Below, one piece after another: positions 8,451 through 16,922 of a DNA stretch of 36,558 nucleotides; position 1 is the stretch's first letter; every line of letters starts with the position of its first letter. This stretch comes from Candidatus Thalassarchaeum sp. (GTDB taxonomy: Archaea; Thermoplasmatota; Poseidoniia; Poseidoniales; Thalassarchaeaceae). The stretch spans positions 1 to 36,558 of the forward strand of contig CBFHQW010000003.1 in the NCBI GenBank assembly GCA_965658085.1, given 5' to 3'. The notes below the pieces were generated by a model. The model saw only the letters and a program-made list of their open reading frames with translations. It did no database searches and was not told where the DNA came from. The position numbers and the translations under genes were made by a program.

Positions 8451-8530
8451 GTTACTTCGACTTCAGGCCCTCCGCTTGAACGGTTGGGTCGTGTCCGTCG
8501 CGTTCAAGCGCAGCACCCTGATGGCTCTGC

Positions 8531-8953
8531 ATGACCCGCGTACGAGTACTCATCGAGTCCGAGCGACTCGACCCCGAGGAACTGCGGGAGATGCTCGCTA
8601 CGGATGGCTGCGGCAGCGTAGTCTCCTTCGTAGGACTCACCCGAGGAGAGGATCATGGAGTGGCTGTCGAGAGGCTAGAGTTCGACGCTTGGGAGGAAAG
8701 ACTCCCCGGAGTACTGAACGAGATCGCCGAGCAGGCTCTGGGCCAGTTCGGTGTGAGTTCGGTGGTGCTGGGCCACCGCACAGGCTCGGTCGAACCGGGT
8801 GAACCCATAGTATGCATCCACATTGGCTCGCCTCATAGGGCTGAAGGTTTCGAGGCCTGCAGTTGGTTGATAGATGAGCTGAAGCGGCAGGCCCCGTTAT
8901 GGAAGAAGGAGATTCGGGCCGACGGTGAAATCTGGAAGACCGGTCTTGGATGA
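8531..8953 (+). CDS. moaE: Molybdopterin synthase catalytic subunit MoaE
   Basis: 140 aa. Blocks GCGSVVSFVGLTRGE, IVCIHIGSPHRAEGFEACSWLIDELKRQAPLWKKE are characteristic of MoaE. Confidence 0.85.
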   Translation: MTRVRVLIESERLDPEELREMLATDGCGSVVSFVGLTRGEDHGVAVERLEFDAWEERLPGVLNEIAEQALGQFGVSSVVLGHRTGSVEPGEPIVCIHIGSPHRAEGFEACSWLIDELKRQAPLWKKEIRADGEIWKTGLG

Positions 8954-10300
8954 TTATTTCGTGTCCATCACACCACTGACGCTGGCCACTGCCCCAGGTA
9001 CATTCGATGCTATTCCTTCGACCATCATCCAGCCATGTCCCTTGACCCCATCGCCAACGAGGCGAACCCCCTCTATGCCTACATCCGATGGAAGCTCAGC
9101 GCCCTGTGGGGCGCGATTACAAGGCCAGTTTCTGTGGTAGGTGTGGACACACAACTCCTCTCCGTGGTCAGAGAGCCACGGGATGGCGTCGTAGAGATCC
9201 TCACGCCCCTTCTCTATCTCTGATTTCACGCTCGGATCCGGTACATACTGGTGTGTGATCATCATGTGCTTGCCCTCAGGTGCGAGGCTCGGATCGGAGA
9301 AGGTCGGAATTACGTACCCACCAACTCTTTCCAAGCCCGGCAACATCGTTACGCCACTACCGCGGTGAGGAATATCGTCGTCTAGTGCGAACACGAAGCC
9401 TATGCCTCCGACCGCCTGAGTGTCACGGACTTGCTCTCTGATTCCCGTAGCCACCTCGAAGTCGTCCGAGAGCGCCTTGAGTAGATTCGGGTGACCGCCA
9501 TTGTGGATGATAGCATCAGCCCCTATCCACACTCCCTCATCACGACCGCGCCGCCTGATGCCGATACAGAATCGGTTGTCCTTGGTCGCCTCTTCTGCAT
9601 CGCCGGGCAGTATTTCAGTGACCTCGTGGGACAGTTTGACGCGGGCTCCGTTCTCCCGCAGGTCGCTTCGCAATCCGTCGATGACTCCCTTGCAACCCCC
9701 CTTGGGGACATGGGGACGGTCGCTCCAGAATGAGTTCTGGAGCATCCTCACGACGGTTGATGCAGGCATCTGCTCGAACCTCAGACTGATGGCGAAATTG
9801 GCGAATGCATCGACAAAATCGATGAAGTCACTAGAGAAGTACCTTGACATCCAAGTCCTGCCGTCCTCTGTTTCGTTACCCCACGGTTGTTTGGCTGGCT
9901 TCATTAACAGCCGAGGCAGGTTCAACGCGTCCTTGACTGAGAACCACGGTAGGACTCCGTAAATCGAGTTGGCCCGCCGCAACCTACCATCCTTGATCTG
10001 ACAGGCGAACTTGGTTGTCGGCAGAAATTCGACCCCATGCCGCCCAAGATTGAGCCCACCACTACTCCGCTTGCCAAGTATCAGTTTTGCGAAGGGCCCT
10101 TTCTTACCGTGCGGAATCATATGGACCGCGCCGGTTGGAATTTGAAAACCATCGTGGTCGTGCTGGGTGAACCTGCCGCCGGCGAAAGACATCCTCTCGT
10201 AGACTGAGACATCGTACTTTTGTGTCTGTGCGAGACTTGCGGCTGATGCTAGCCCTCCTACGCCGGCGCCGATGACCACTGCCTTTGCGCGCTCGCTCAT
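8954..10300 (-). CDS. NAD(P)/FAD-dependent oxidoreductase, phytoene-desaturase (CrtI)/amine-oxidase-like
   Basis: 448 aa with N-terminal AVVIGAGVGGLASAASLA...YDVSVYERMSFAGGR (GxGxxG plus the E...GGR motif of the CrtI family). It starts 10 nt after the ferredoxin gene. Confidence 0.75.
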   Translation of the reverse strand: MSERAKAVVIGAGVGGLASAASLAQTQKYDVSVYERMSFAGGRFTQHDHDGFQIPTGAVHMIPHGKKGPFAKLILGKRSSGGLNLGRHGVEFLPTTKFACQIKDGRLRRANSIYGVLPWFSVKDALNLPRLLMKPAKQPWGNETEDGRTWMSRYFSSDFIDFVDAFANFAISLRFEQMPASTVVRMLQNSFWSDRPHVPKGGCKGVIDGLRSDLRENGARVKLSHEVTEILPGDAEEATKDNRFCIGIRRRGRDEGVWIGADAIIHNGGHPNLLKALSDDFEVATGIREQVRDTQAVGGIGFVFALDDDIPHRGSGVTMLPGLERVGGYVIPTFSDPSLAPEGKHMMITHQYVPDPSVKSEIEKGREDLYDAIPWLSDHGEELCVHTYHRNWPCNRAPQGAELPSDVGIEGVRLVGDGVKGHGWMMVEGIASNVPGAVASVSGVMDTK

Positions 10301-10309
10301 CCTGCCACC

Positions 10310-10570
10310 TCAGGAGTACACTAGGGCTCCTGTCGGGCACCAAAGGAGGCACCTCAGGCAGTCGGTGCAGTTATCCTCGATGACCTCACAAAGACCCTCG
10401 ACGATTAGTGCATCGTCATTACAGGCCATGAGGCAGTAAGAGCAGCCGACACAGAGTTCGTCGATGACCTGTAGTTTGACACCGTCAGTGATAGGTCTGT
10501 CATGGGTAATGCCTGATTCTAAATCGGGGACAGCGCCCGGAGTCGCCTTGTTTCGAAACGCCTCGGCCAC
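10310..10570 (-). CDS. 2x[4Fe-4S] ferredoxin-domain protein
   Basis: 86 aa with two cysteine clusters, CVGCSYCLMAC and CTDCLRCLLWCP. Confidence 0.8.
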   Translation of the reverse strand: MAEAFRNKATPGAVPDLESGITHDRPITDGVKLQVIDELCVGCSYCLMACNDDALIVEGLCEVIEDNCTDCLRCLLWCPTGALVYS

Positions 10571-10699
10571 GCCACCCCATTGCCGCCAACTATTTCAGAT
10601 GTTATCTACAAACTCGCCACAACTACGACTCCGTCAATAGGCCGGTTTGCTGAATAGTGATGATGAACTCGCGAGCATATAGGCGAGAGAGGCGATTAT

Positions 10700-11161
10700 T
10701 TGGACGAGGAGTCGTGGACTGGGATAATTGACGTGGGTTCTAAGCCCGTTGTCGCCCGTGAGGCGGTAGCCACTGGTCTGCTTATCCTCTCCGAGAGAGG
10801 TATCGATGTAGTGTCCAATGGCCGCTCCCCCAAGGGCGATGTCAGAGAAGCCTCGACGGTAGCCGCTATCCAAGCTGTGAAGGAGACACCCCGGACCCTA
10901 CCTCACTGCCATCCAATTCCAATCGAGGGTTGCACAGTGGATTGGAAGGTAGAGAAGAACGGTCTACGCTGCACGGTCTCCGTTCGCACCCACTGGGTCA
11001 CTGGTGTGGAGATGGAGGCACTGTGTGGAGTAAACGCAGGGCTGTTATGTGCATGGGACATGCTCAAGTCAATTGAGAAGGACTCCGAAGGCCAGTATCC
11101 GACATCCAAGATAGAAGGAGTTCAGGTCCTGCGTAAGAGTAAGGGCGACCCGCATGATTGA
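10700..11161 (+). CDS. moaC: Cyclic pyranopterin monophosphate synthase MoaC
   Basis: 153 aa, TTG start in the track. Blocks VDVGSKPVVAREAVA and GVEMEALCGVNAGLLCAWDMLK are MoaC signatures. Its stop directly abuts the glpX ATG. Confidence 0.85.
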   Translation: MDEESWTGIIDVGSKPVVAREAVATGLLILSERGIDVVSNGRSPKGDVREASTVAAIQAVKETPRTLPHCHPIPIEGCTVDWKVEKNGLRCTVSVRTHWVTGVEMEALCGVNAGLLCAWDMLKSIEKDSEGQYPTSKIEGVQVLRKSKGDPHD

Positions 11162-12133
11162 ATGCTAAGGCTCATTCGGAGCGGCATGGCGACCACTGAC
11201 CTCATTGAGCACTTTCTTCAGGCCACCGAGGCCGCTGCGGTAGCAGCTTCGGCTTGGAGGGGGCTAGGGGACGGCAAGGCTGCAGACGGAGCAGCCGTTG
11301 AAGCCATGCGTACCATCTTCGACAGCGTACCTTTTGACGGACGCGTGGCGATAGGTGAGGGCGAGCGCGACGACGCACCAATGCTTTGGATCGGTGAACC
11401 CCTAGGTTCGATGCAAGGTGTCACCGGGGCACCGGCAATCGACATAGCTGTCGATCCTCTAGAGTGTACCAATCACGTCGCCCTCGACCTGCCCAATGCG
11501 ATGGCCGTTCTCGCCGCAGCTCCTCGTGGTAATTTGCTACACGCGCCTGACTGCTATATGGACAAAATAGCCGGTCCAGCCGCCCTCGCAGGCGAGGTCA
11601 GCCTCGAGGCTGACACTTCTTACAACGTCGAGGCCGCCTGTGCCGCTCTTGGAAAAACCACTTCACAGCTCCGTGTGGTAGTCATGGACAGGCCGCGACA
11701 CGAACTACTGATCCGCGAGCTGAAGCAGCACGATGTCAACATCATCCTCATTGGTGACGGCGACATTGCTGCGGCTCTGAACGCCGCAGATCCCGATTCA
11801 GACATTGACATGCTGATGGGGATAGGGGCAGCACCCGAGGGAGTAATCACAGCAACTGCTCTCAGGGGGCTAAATGCTCCCTTTGAGGGACGACTCGTGT
11901 TCAAGAATGAGGGCCATCGAGAGCGTGCTGAGGGTATGATCGAGGGCGATGTGGATAGGATATGGAGTCGCGACGAGTTGTGCTCATCAGATGATTCAGT
12001 ATTCATTGGCTCTGGAGTTTGTCCAGGACGGACTCGTGGTGTCAAGGAAACCGATGACGGAAAACACTCAGTTCACTCAGAAGTGATTGACGTTAAATCC
12101 GGCGAGCATTACTTCGTATCCTCGGTGCGATGA
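11162..12133 (+). CDS. glpX: Class II fructose-1,6-bisphosphatase (GlpX type)
   Basis: 323 aa. Blocks GDGKAADGAAVEAMR, VAIGEGERDDAPML, AIDIAVDPLECTN and GIGAAPEGVITA are typical GlpX motifs. Confidence 0.9.
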   Translation: MLRLIRSGMATTDLIEHFLQATEAAAVAASAWRGLGDGKAADGAAVEAMRTIFDSVPFDGRVAIGEGERDDAPMLWIGEPLGSMQGVTGAPAIDIAVDPLECTNHVALDLPNAMAVLAAAPRGNLLHAPDCYMDKIAGPAALAGEVSLEADTSYNVEAACAALGKTTSQLRVVVMDRPRHELLIRELKQHDVNIILIGDGDIAAALNAADPDSDIDMLMGIGAAPEGVITATALRGLNAPFEGRLVFKNEGHRERAEGMIEGDVDRIWSRDELCSSDDSVFIGSGVCPGRTRGVKETDDGKHSVHSEVIDVKSGEHYFVSSVR

Positions 12134-13194
12134 GTTCTTCTCCTACCGCCCGCACGTGCTCACGAGGTCATCGGATGGATACTGAACTCCTCGAGAAGAC
12201 CGCAAGTGAACTGGTGGCTCCAGGTAAGGGAATTCTCGCCGCCGATGAGAGCAACGGGACGATGTCGAAGCGCTTGGCTGCTGCTGGAGTCGAACCATCG
12301 TCGGAGTCTCGGCGCTCGTACCGAGCGAACCTGCTTGATACAGCAGGATACGAATCCGCCGTCGGAGGTGTCATATTATTCGATGAGACAATCAGACAGA
12401 ACATGGATGACGGTTCTCTCATAGCCGAGGCACTTAGCTCCAGAGGAATCCACCCAGGAATCAAGGTCGACACAGGGGCAAAGGACCTCGCCAATTACTC
12501 CGGTGAGAAAATTACAGAGGGTCTTGACGGACTCAGGGAGCGCTGCATCGAGTATTTCGAGATGGGCGCGCGTTTCGCTAAGTGGAGAGCTGTTATCCGT
12601 ATCTCCGAGGGGATGCCTAGTCCTGCATGCGTATCGACCAATGCACACGCCCTGGCCCGATACGCTGCAATCTGCCAAGAACAGGGGCTGGTCCCCATCA
12701 TCGAGCCAGAGGTTCTGATGGATGGATCTCATGATGCGCAGCGCTGCTACGACGTCACAGCTGAGATTCTCGATGCGACTTTCGCCGCCTGCGCTGAGCA
12801 AGGTATCCACATCCCAGGAGCACTGCTCAAACCCAACATGATCATCGCTGGGAACGACTGCCCCAATCAGATCTCAAGAGAAGAAGTGGCTAGGATGACG
12901 ATTGACTGTCTAACCAACCACGTCCCGAAAGATCTGCCGGGGATAGTTTTCTTGTCAGGAGGTCAGTCTGACGAGGATGCGACAGCCCATCTCAATCTGA
13001 TGAATCAGATGGATGTTGAGCACCCTTGGCAACTTTCCTACTCCTACGGCCGGGCACTACAGGCACATGCACTCACGACTTGGGCCAAAGGAGGTTCCGG
13101 GTCTGCAGCCGCCAGCCAGCAAATGTTCGCTCATCGAGCTAGCATGAATAGCCTAGCCCGAAGTGGCGACTGGGGTCCCGACCTAGAGGCTTGA
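12130..13194 (+). CDS. fba: Class I fructose-bisphosphate aldolase (PF00274 'glycolytic' type)
   Basis: Blocks GKGILAADESNGTMSKRL, LLKPNM and FLSGGQS. The ATGA overlap with the glpX stop at 12130-12133 suggests coupling. An alternative ATG at 12175 (MDTELLEK) is possible. Confidence 0.9.
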   Translation: MSSSPTARTCSRGHRMDTELLEKTASELVAPGKGILAADESNGTMSKRLAAAGVEPSSESRRSYRANLLDTAGYESAVGGVILFDETIRQNMDDGSLIAEALSSRGIHPGIKVDTGAKDLANYSGEKITEGLDGLRERCIEYFEMGARFAKWRAVIRISEGMPSPACVSTNAHALARYAAICQEQGLVPIIEPEVLMDGSHDAQRCYDVTAEILDATFAACAEQGIHIPGALLKPNMIIAGNDCPNQISREEVARMTIDCLTNHVPKDLPGIVFLSGGQSDEDATAHLNLMNQMDVEHPWQLSYSYGRALQAHALTTWAKGGSGSAAASQQMFAHRASMNSLARSGDWGPDLEA

Positions 13195-13446
13195 TTAGAT
13201 TTCGTCCAAGGCTCCAGGCCTCAGTTGCCAGACGCAGATTTCGTAGCGACCAGAGAGGGCACCGCCACGCTTTGTCGTTGCGACCTTCATGATATCCTTG
13301 TCTTTGGACAGGACATTCCCCAGTTGCTGAGGAGTAGTACCGTGACGCATGGTAGAATTCACGTGTTCAAGAATCTCCGTTGTGTTGGCTTCTCCTCTGT
13401 CATCCAAGAATTTTTTTATCTTCTGTCGTAGTCTTGTTGTTCTCAT
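13195..13446 (-). CDS. Small hypothetical protein, putative winged-helix (paralog A)
   Basis: 83 aa with a GGAGG 6-7 nt upstream of the ATG. It aligns with the neighbouring 88-aa ORF on the pattern R..I(K/R)K(F/Y)L....N(S/T).EI......G......L...D..I(M/V)(K/R)(V/I).T.(K/R)(R/K).G. Confidence 0.55.
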   Translation of the reverse strand: MRTTRLRQKIKKFLDDRGEANTTEILEHVNSTMRHGTTPQQLGNVLSKDKDIMKVATTKRGGALSGRYEICVWQLRPGALDEI

Positions 13447-13456
13447 CTAATTCCTC

Positions 13457-13723
13457 CTATTTGTTTTCGGGCTTAGCACGCTCATGGTGCTGCACCCACT
13501 CCTTGGTCGCCCATTCCGAGAGTGGGGGGGTACTGCCGGTCATTCCGCTCTTGCGAATCGTTCCGATACGGACGATACTCGCGTCTGTCTCCATCAGTGA
13601 TGCTAGATCCAAGCTTCCAGAGTAGCCTTCCTGACTACTCAGCCAGGTTGCAATCTCAGCACTGTTCCTAGGCTGCTCAGAGAGGTATTTACGAATGATA
13701 AGTCGGATTTTTCCCGCTTCCAT
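13457..13723 (-). CDS. Small hypothetical protein, putative winged-helix (paralog B)
   Basis: 88 aa with a GGGAG just upstream of the ATG. It is a paralog of the 83-aa ORF, 10 nt upstream of it on the same strand. Confidence 0.55.
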   Translation of the reverse strand: MEAGKIRLIIRKYLSEQPRNSAEIATWLSSQEGYSGSLDLASLMETDASIVRIGTIRKSGMTGSTPPLSEWATKEWVQHHERAKPENK

Positions 13724-13977
13724 CTGTCTCCCTCAAGCATACTCTCGGACCCGGCAGTTGGCCCGATGCGCATAGGATGGCGGGCGCTGATATAACCGTT
13801 CTGCACGAAATCATACTTTTTCGTTACAGATAGTTGCTAGAAATGGGGGCGTTTTCAGGTTTGAACCAAGTGTGGAAATGAAACTGATATATTCTCCATA
13901 AGAAATGTGTAATCAATTGTAACTAAACAACATAATTTAATACATCAACTTTAGTAAGATGTATTGGGAGGTGGCGA
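13724..13977. promoter_or_regulatory. AT-rich divergent intergenic region (bidirectional promoter candidate)
   Basis: By eye, one of the two most AT-rich stretches in the window, with the origin-like spacer. It sits between divergent genes. A TATA-like ataatttaata lies at about 13932-13942. GAAATG occurs three times (13840-13845, 13875-13880, 13902-13907). A GGAGGTG Shine-Dalgarno-like element at 13967-13973 precedes the GTG at 13978. Confidence 0.4.
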
Positions 13978-16599
13978 GTGGTGTCAAATGAACCCCCTGA
14001 GCCTCTGAAACCCGATTATTCGGACAGTGCTTACAAAATCAGGAGCAAGCATCGCAGGAGACTCCTTGATCGGCTAACTGAGGGCGGTGCTACCGTCAGT
14101 GTGCTGGCTAGGGATGTTGAACTCAGGGTTCCGCATGCTTCGGCAGAGATAAAACGACTAAGAAACGATGGACTGGTCTCTAGTGACCTATCTGTTGGGA
14201 GTCGTGGAGCTAAGATCCACCTGACCGAGTTGGGCTGGAAGTCAGTGAGTGCTGACGAGTGGGCTAGGGCTTCCGAGGCCTCTCCCTTGCCTGAAGACTC
14301 CAGCATGTGCTGTCTGCTTTCTCGTGATGGTCCAAACCTCCTGCTTGGAGTTATGGAGCCTTGCGACTCTCCGTTGCTACTGATTCCGAATCGCCCCCCC
14401 GTCGCGATTCCAGGCAATCCCGGTTCCACCGGAAGCGAGGGGGTTGCTTGGAGTTGGGCAGTACTCAGGGAGAGGGAACCTCGATGGTTTGACCTCTCGT
14501 CAATGGAACCCAAGTCGAGCCCCCCGCCGCCCTCCAACCCCGAGAACATAGCGGCTTACTTGGGACAGCGCACTGTAGTCGGAATAATCCGCGCTAGGTT
14601 GCTCGATGCCGAGAGACCGATTGCTATAGCGCCGGGCCAGTGGTTCGGACCTCCAGACTTCCGGCCCGCGCCCCCGTTGCCTGAGAGCGACTATCATCGG
14701 GGGCCGTGGGTACTCGGTGAATGCCATGAGATGTCACCGGAGATTAGGCCGAAGGGACCAGTGGTTGCTGTGATGGAAGACAGACTCCCTCGCTCTATGC
14801 TGCTCAGAACAGCGAGGAATAACTCCCTGGTTATCGCGGATCTCGGGGGGCTGGATACCGAGGGTGACCCATACCCTTTGGCAGCGCTTGATCCGTGGAT
14901 CGAGAGGGCCCACCCGCGTCTGAGTGATGCCGAGAGAAGACGGAGACTAGGCGCCCTGAAGGACAGGGTTAGCAAGACAAGAAAAGTGAGGACTGAGGAT
15001 TCCACCTGGAGAAGATTCAGACAGGATTGGGGTGAGTCGGTATTCACCGAGGAAGGGGATTCAATCAGGATTCTTGACCTAAGGGGACTGGGTGGCACGG
15101 CGGCCGAGGCATTAGTGAGATGGGCAGTCAATGACGACGGCAAACGCCCGCTGACTGTTGAAGTCGGGTCAGATATGCCTGAGGAACTGGTCTCTTCGAT
15201 TGCTTCTCTCTCCAATCTCCGAATGGCTCTTCTCGGGGATGAAGCAGCCGCGTTCTCCAACTTCGATATACTGGATGCCGATCCTCTGAGGCCACTACCT
15301 TGGCTGCGCTTGACAACTAGGGGAGGGAGGATATTGCCAATGCGACTGATCGATCCAGCCCAGGTCCCTGAGTTTTCAGACTCCGATGAACCGACTGTAC
15401 TAGAGTGGGAATCCCTAGGTATCGATATTGAGTTGGCCGAGAATATCGAAGAGGGCCATCTCTCAGTCATCAATTCAGCTGTAGTTCAATATCCCACAGG
15501 CAATGAGGAGTGGGCTAATCAAATGGAAGCCAGATACCCAATTGCGGCTTGGATAGCATCTCCTGCTAGGACAAGATGGCCACGCTGGCAGAGACTCAGG
15601 ACCCGACTCAGTCCAGAGTGGCTAGTACTCATGAATCTAGACGACCTTCCGCTGGAGAGACTGTCAGAGGTCGCAGACGAGGCACCCAACTCGGTTTTGG
15701 AAGAATTCTCCAAGAAGATTACCAACAGACTCAGACAGGATTCCGACGCAGCACTCAGAACGAGACCAGCGACAGATCCGAAGCAAGCAACCCGTGGAGC
15801 CGCTTGGGTAGCAGCCCAACTGCTGTCAAACGCCCCCTGGCTGCCGGAACACATGCATTCGGACTTGCTCCATTGGGCACTTGAGGCATGGCTCTCCGAG
15901 CCCCCAAGTGATTCGATGCCTGCACTACAAGGAGTCGCATGGCTATATTCTCAGGGCCGCAGCGATGAATCCAGTTTCAGACCAATACTCGAGGGGATTC
16001 GGAGCAAGGGAAGAAACTCTCCCTCTGACCATGACCTACATACTTGGGCTAGCCTAGCAGACATGATGCTTGATGACTCAAAGACTAATCTCGATGAATT
16101 GGAGAGGATACTGAACCTACCTCCTGGTTGGTGGGCACCTGTTTCCGTCAAGATACTCTCAGGGTTATTGGATGAGGAGGAATCTACAGATTGGGCTATT
16201 GCCAACACTGTCCCATGGTGCGCGGCAGTGCTGCGCCCGATTGGTGATCTCTGCCAAGCACCCGGACTCCGTTCCTACGAGCATCCTGGATGCGACTCAG
16301 AACTATACTCCCGCCTCTCTCGGAGGTTGAGGGGCAGACGCGAGCGACAGGGTATGCCCGATACTGCTGAACCGTTACTCGATTTACTCGATGCCCTAGA
16401 CGCGGTGAATGATGACAAATCCCCTTCGCCGGGAAAGACCCATCCCCTATCGGGGTGGCTCGCCCAGCCTCTGGAGAAATGGCCGGATTTCTCCTCTGCC
16501 GAGATCATGGATGGCGATTCTCACATCGCTGAGAGGTTACTCTTGAAGAGTTCAGGATATCATCCAAAAATCGTCCCTTTGACCTCGATTTCGGGTTGA
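13978..16599 (+). CDS. Large (873 aa) hypothetical protein with an N-terminal ArsR/TrmB-like winged HTH; remainder unassignable
   Basis: Uninterrupted 2.6-kb ORF with an SD-like GGAGGTG upstream. Residues about 25-90 (RRLLDRLTEGGATVSVLARDVELRVPHASAEIKRLRNDGLVSS...KIHLTELG) fit a wHTH. The rest is acidic and rich in Trp, Leu and Pro. I saw no P-loop, nuclease, HEPN or metal-binding motif. Confidence 0.7.
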   Translation: MVSNEPPEPLKPDYSDSAYKIRSKHRRRLLDRLTEGGATVSVLARDVELRVPHASAEIKRLRNDGLVSSDLSVGSRGAKIHLTELGWKSVSADEWARASEASPLPEDSSMCCLLSRDGPNLLLGVMEPCDSPLLLIPNRPPVAIPGNPGSTGSEGVAWSWAVLREREPRWFDLSSMEPKSSPPPPSNPENIAAYLGQRTVVGIIRARLLDAERPIAIAPGQWFGPPDFRPAPPLPESDYHRGPWVLGECHEMSPEIRPKGPVVAVMEDRLPRSMLLRTARNNSLVIADLGGLDTEGDPYPLAALDPWIERAHPRLSDAERRRRLGALKDRVSKTRKVRTEDSTWRRFRQDWGESVFTEEGDSIRILDLRGLGGTAAEALVRWAVNDDGKRPLTVEVGSDMPEELVSSIASLSNLRMALLGDEAAAFSNFDILDADPLRPLPWLRLTTRGGRILPMRLIDPAQVPEFSDSDEPTVLEWESLGIDIELAENIEEGHLSVINSAVVQYPTGNEEWANQMEARYPIAAWIASPARTRWPRWQRLRTRLSPEWLVLMNLDDLPLERLSEVADEAPNSVLEEFSKKITNRLRQDSDAALRTRPATDPKQATRGAAWVAAQLLSNAPWLPEHMHSDLLHWALEAWLSEPPSDSMPALQGVAWLYSQGRSDESSFRPILEGIRSKGRNSPSDHDLHTWASLADMMLDDSKTNLDELERILNLPPGWWAPVSVKILSGLLDEEESTDWAIANTVPWCAAVLRPIGDLCQAPGLRSYEHPGCDSELYSRLSRRLRGRRERQGMPDTAEPLLDLLDALDAVNDDKSPSPGKTHPLSGWLAQPLEKWPDFSSAEIMDGDSHIAERLLLKSSGYHPKIVPLTSISG

Positions 16600-16618
16600 A
16601 AGCCAGTAAATTTCTGAC

Positions 16619-16922
16619 CGAGGGGTTCTTGACCACCCTCAATGGCCGATGTTTGCCCGAGCTGCAACACCGTGGCGACGAAGCCCCCCGCTGGAGGAAT
16701 AGGATGAATCACGGTACCAAGTTCGGGTCACCACTTGCCGAAGACCAGTGTGACCAGCTGCAACGGAATGATCACTGGAGCAAATCAAGTGGCCGGATTG
16801 TGTTAGGTCCCCCGATGACCGGAAGGAATGACTCAAGGGACTACCCCACAGTTCGACAGACGTCCCGGGGTGGGTCAGGCGCCTGAGCCTTGCTGTGAAG
16901 GCCGCCGTTACGCCCCGGGGCA
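16619..16922 (+). ncRNA. Candidate structured non-coding RNA (possibly SRP/7S-like); strand and identity uncertain
   Basis: 356-nt gap between genes. A long-range helix joins 16628-16664 to 16849-16879, about 27 bp including G.U pairs: CUUGACCACCCU with GGGGUGGGUCAGG, and GAUGUUUGCCCGAGCUG with CAGUUCGACAGACGUC. It encloses three hairpins: 16669-16674/16710-16715; 16731-16737/16786-16792 plus 16745-16750/16773-16778; and 16806-16811/16837-16842. The last is capped by CC-GGAA-GG at 16819-16826. The string AGGUCC...CCGGAAGGAA...CAAGG resembles the SRP helix 8 core, but the conserved AGCA is not in the canonical place. Confidence 0.4.

Noticed and set aside
8428-8802. 124-aa Arg-rich plus-strand ORF overlapping moaE
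   Set aside because: It is an alternative frame of the well-supported MoaE gene. Its extreme Arg/Gly composition is typical of off-frame translation.
10641-10700. C/D box sRNA suggested by GTGATGA at 10657-10663
   Set aside because: No downstream CTGA D box lies within the expected 50-70 nt. The only CTGA (10650-10653) lies upstream. No terminal stem is present.
14694-15473. 259-aa minus-strand ORF inside the 873-aa gene (plus 14031-14549, 15519-15854 and 15951-16208 on the minus strand)
   Set aside because: These have the Ser/Pro/Arg-rich composition typical of antisense frames in GC-rich coding DNA. The plus-strand 2.6-kb ORF with an SD-like site explains the open frames.
13195-16599. Integrated virus, plasmid or mobile element explaining the orphan trio
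   Set aside because: I found no integrase, transposase, terminal repeats or flanking tRNA half-site. The nearest tRNAs are about 10 kb and 14 kb away. This cannot be excluded without a compositional calculation, so it stays only as a possibility within the finding.
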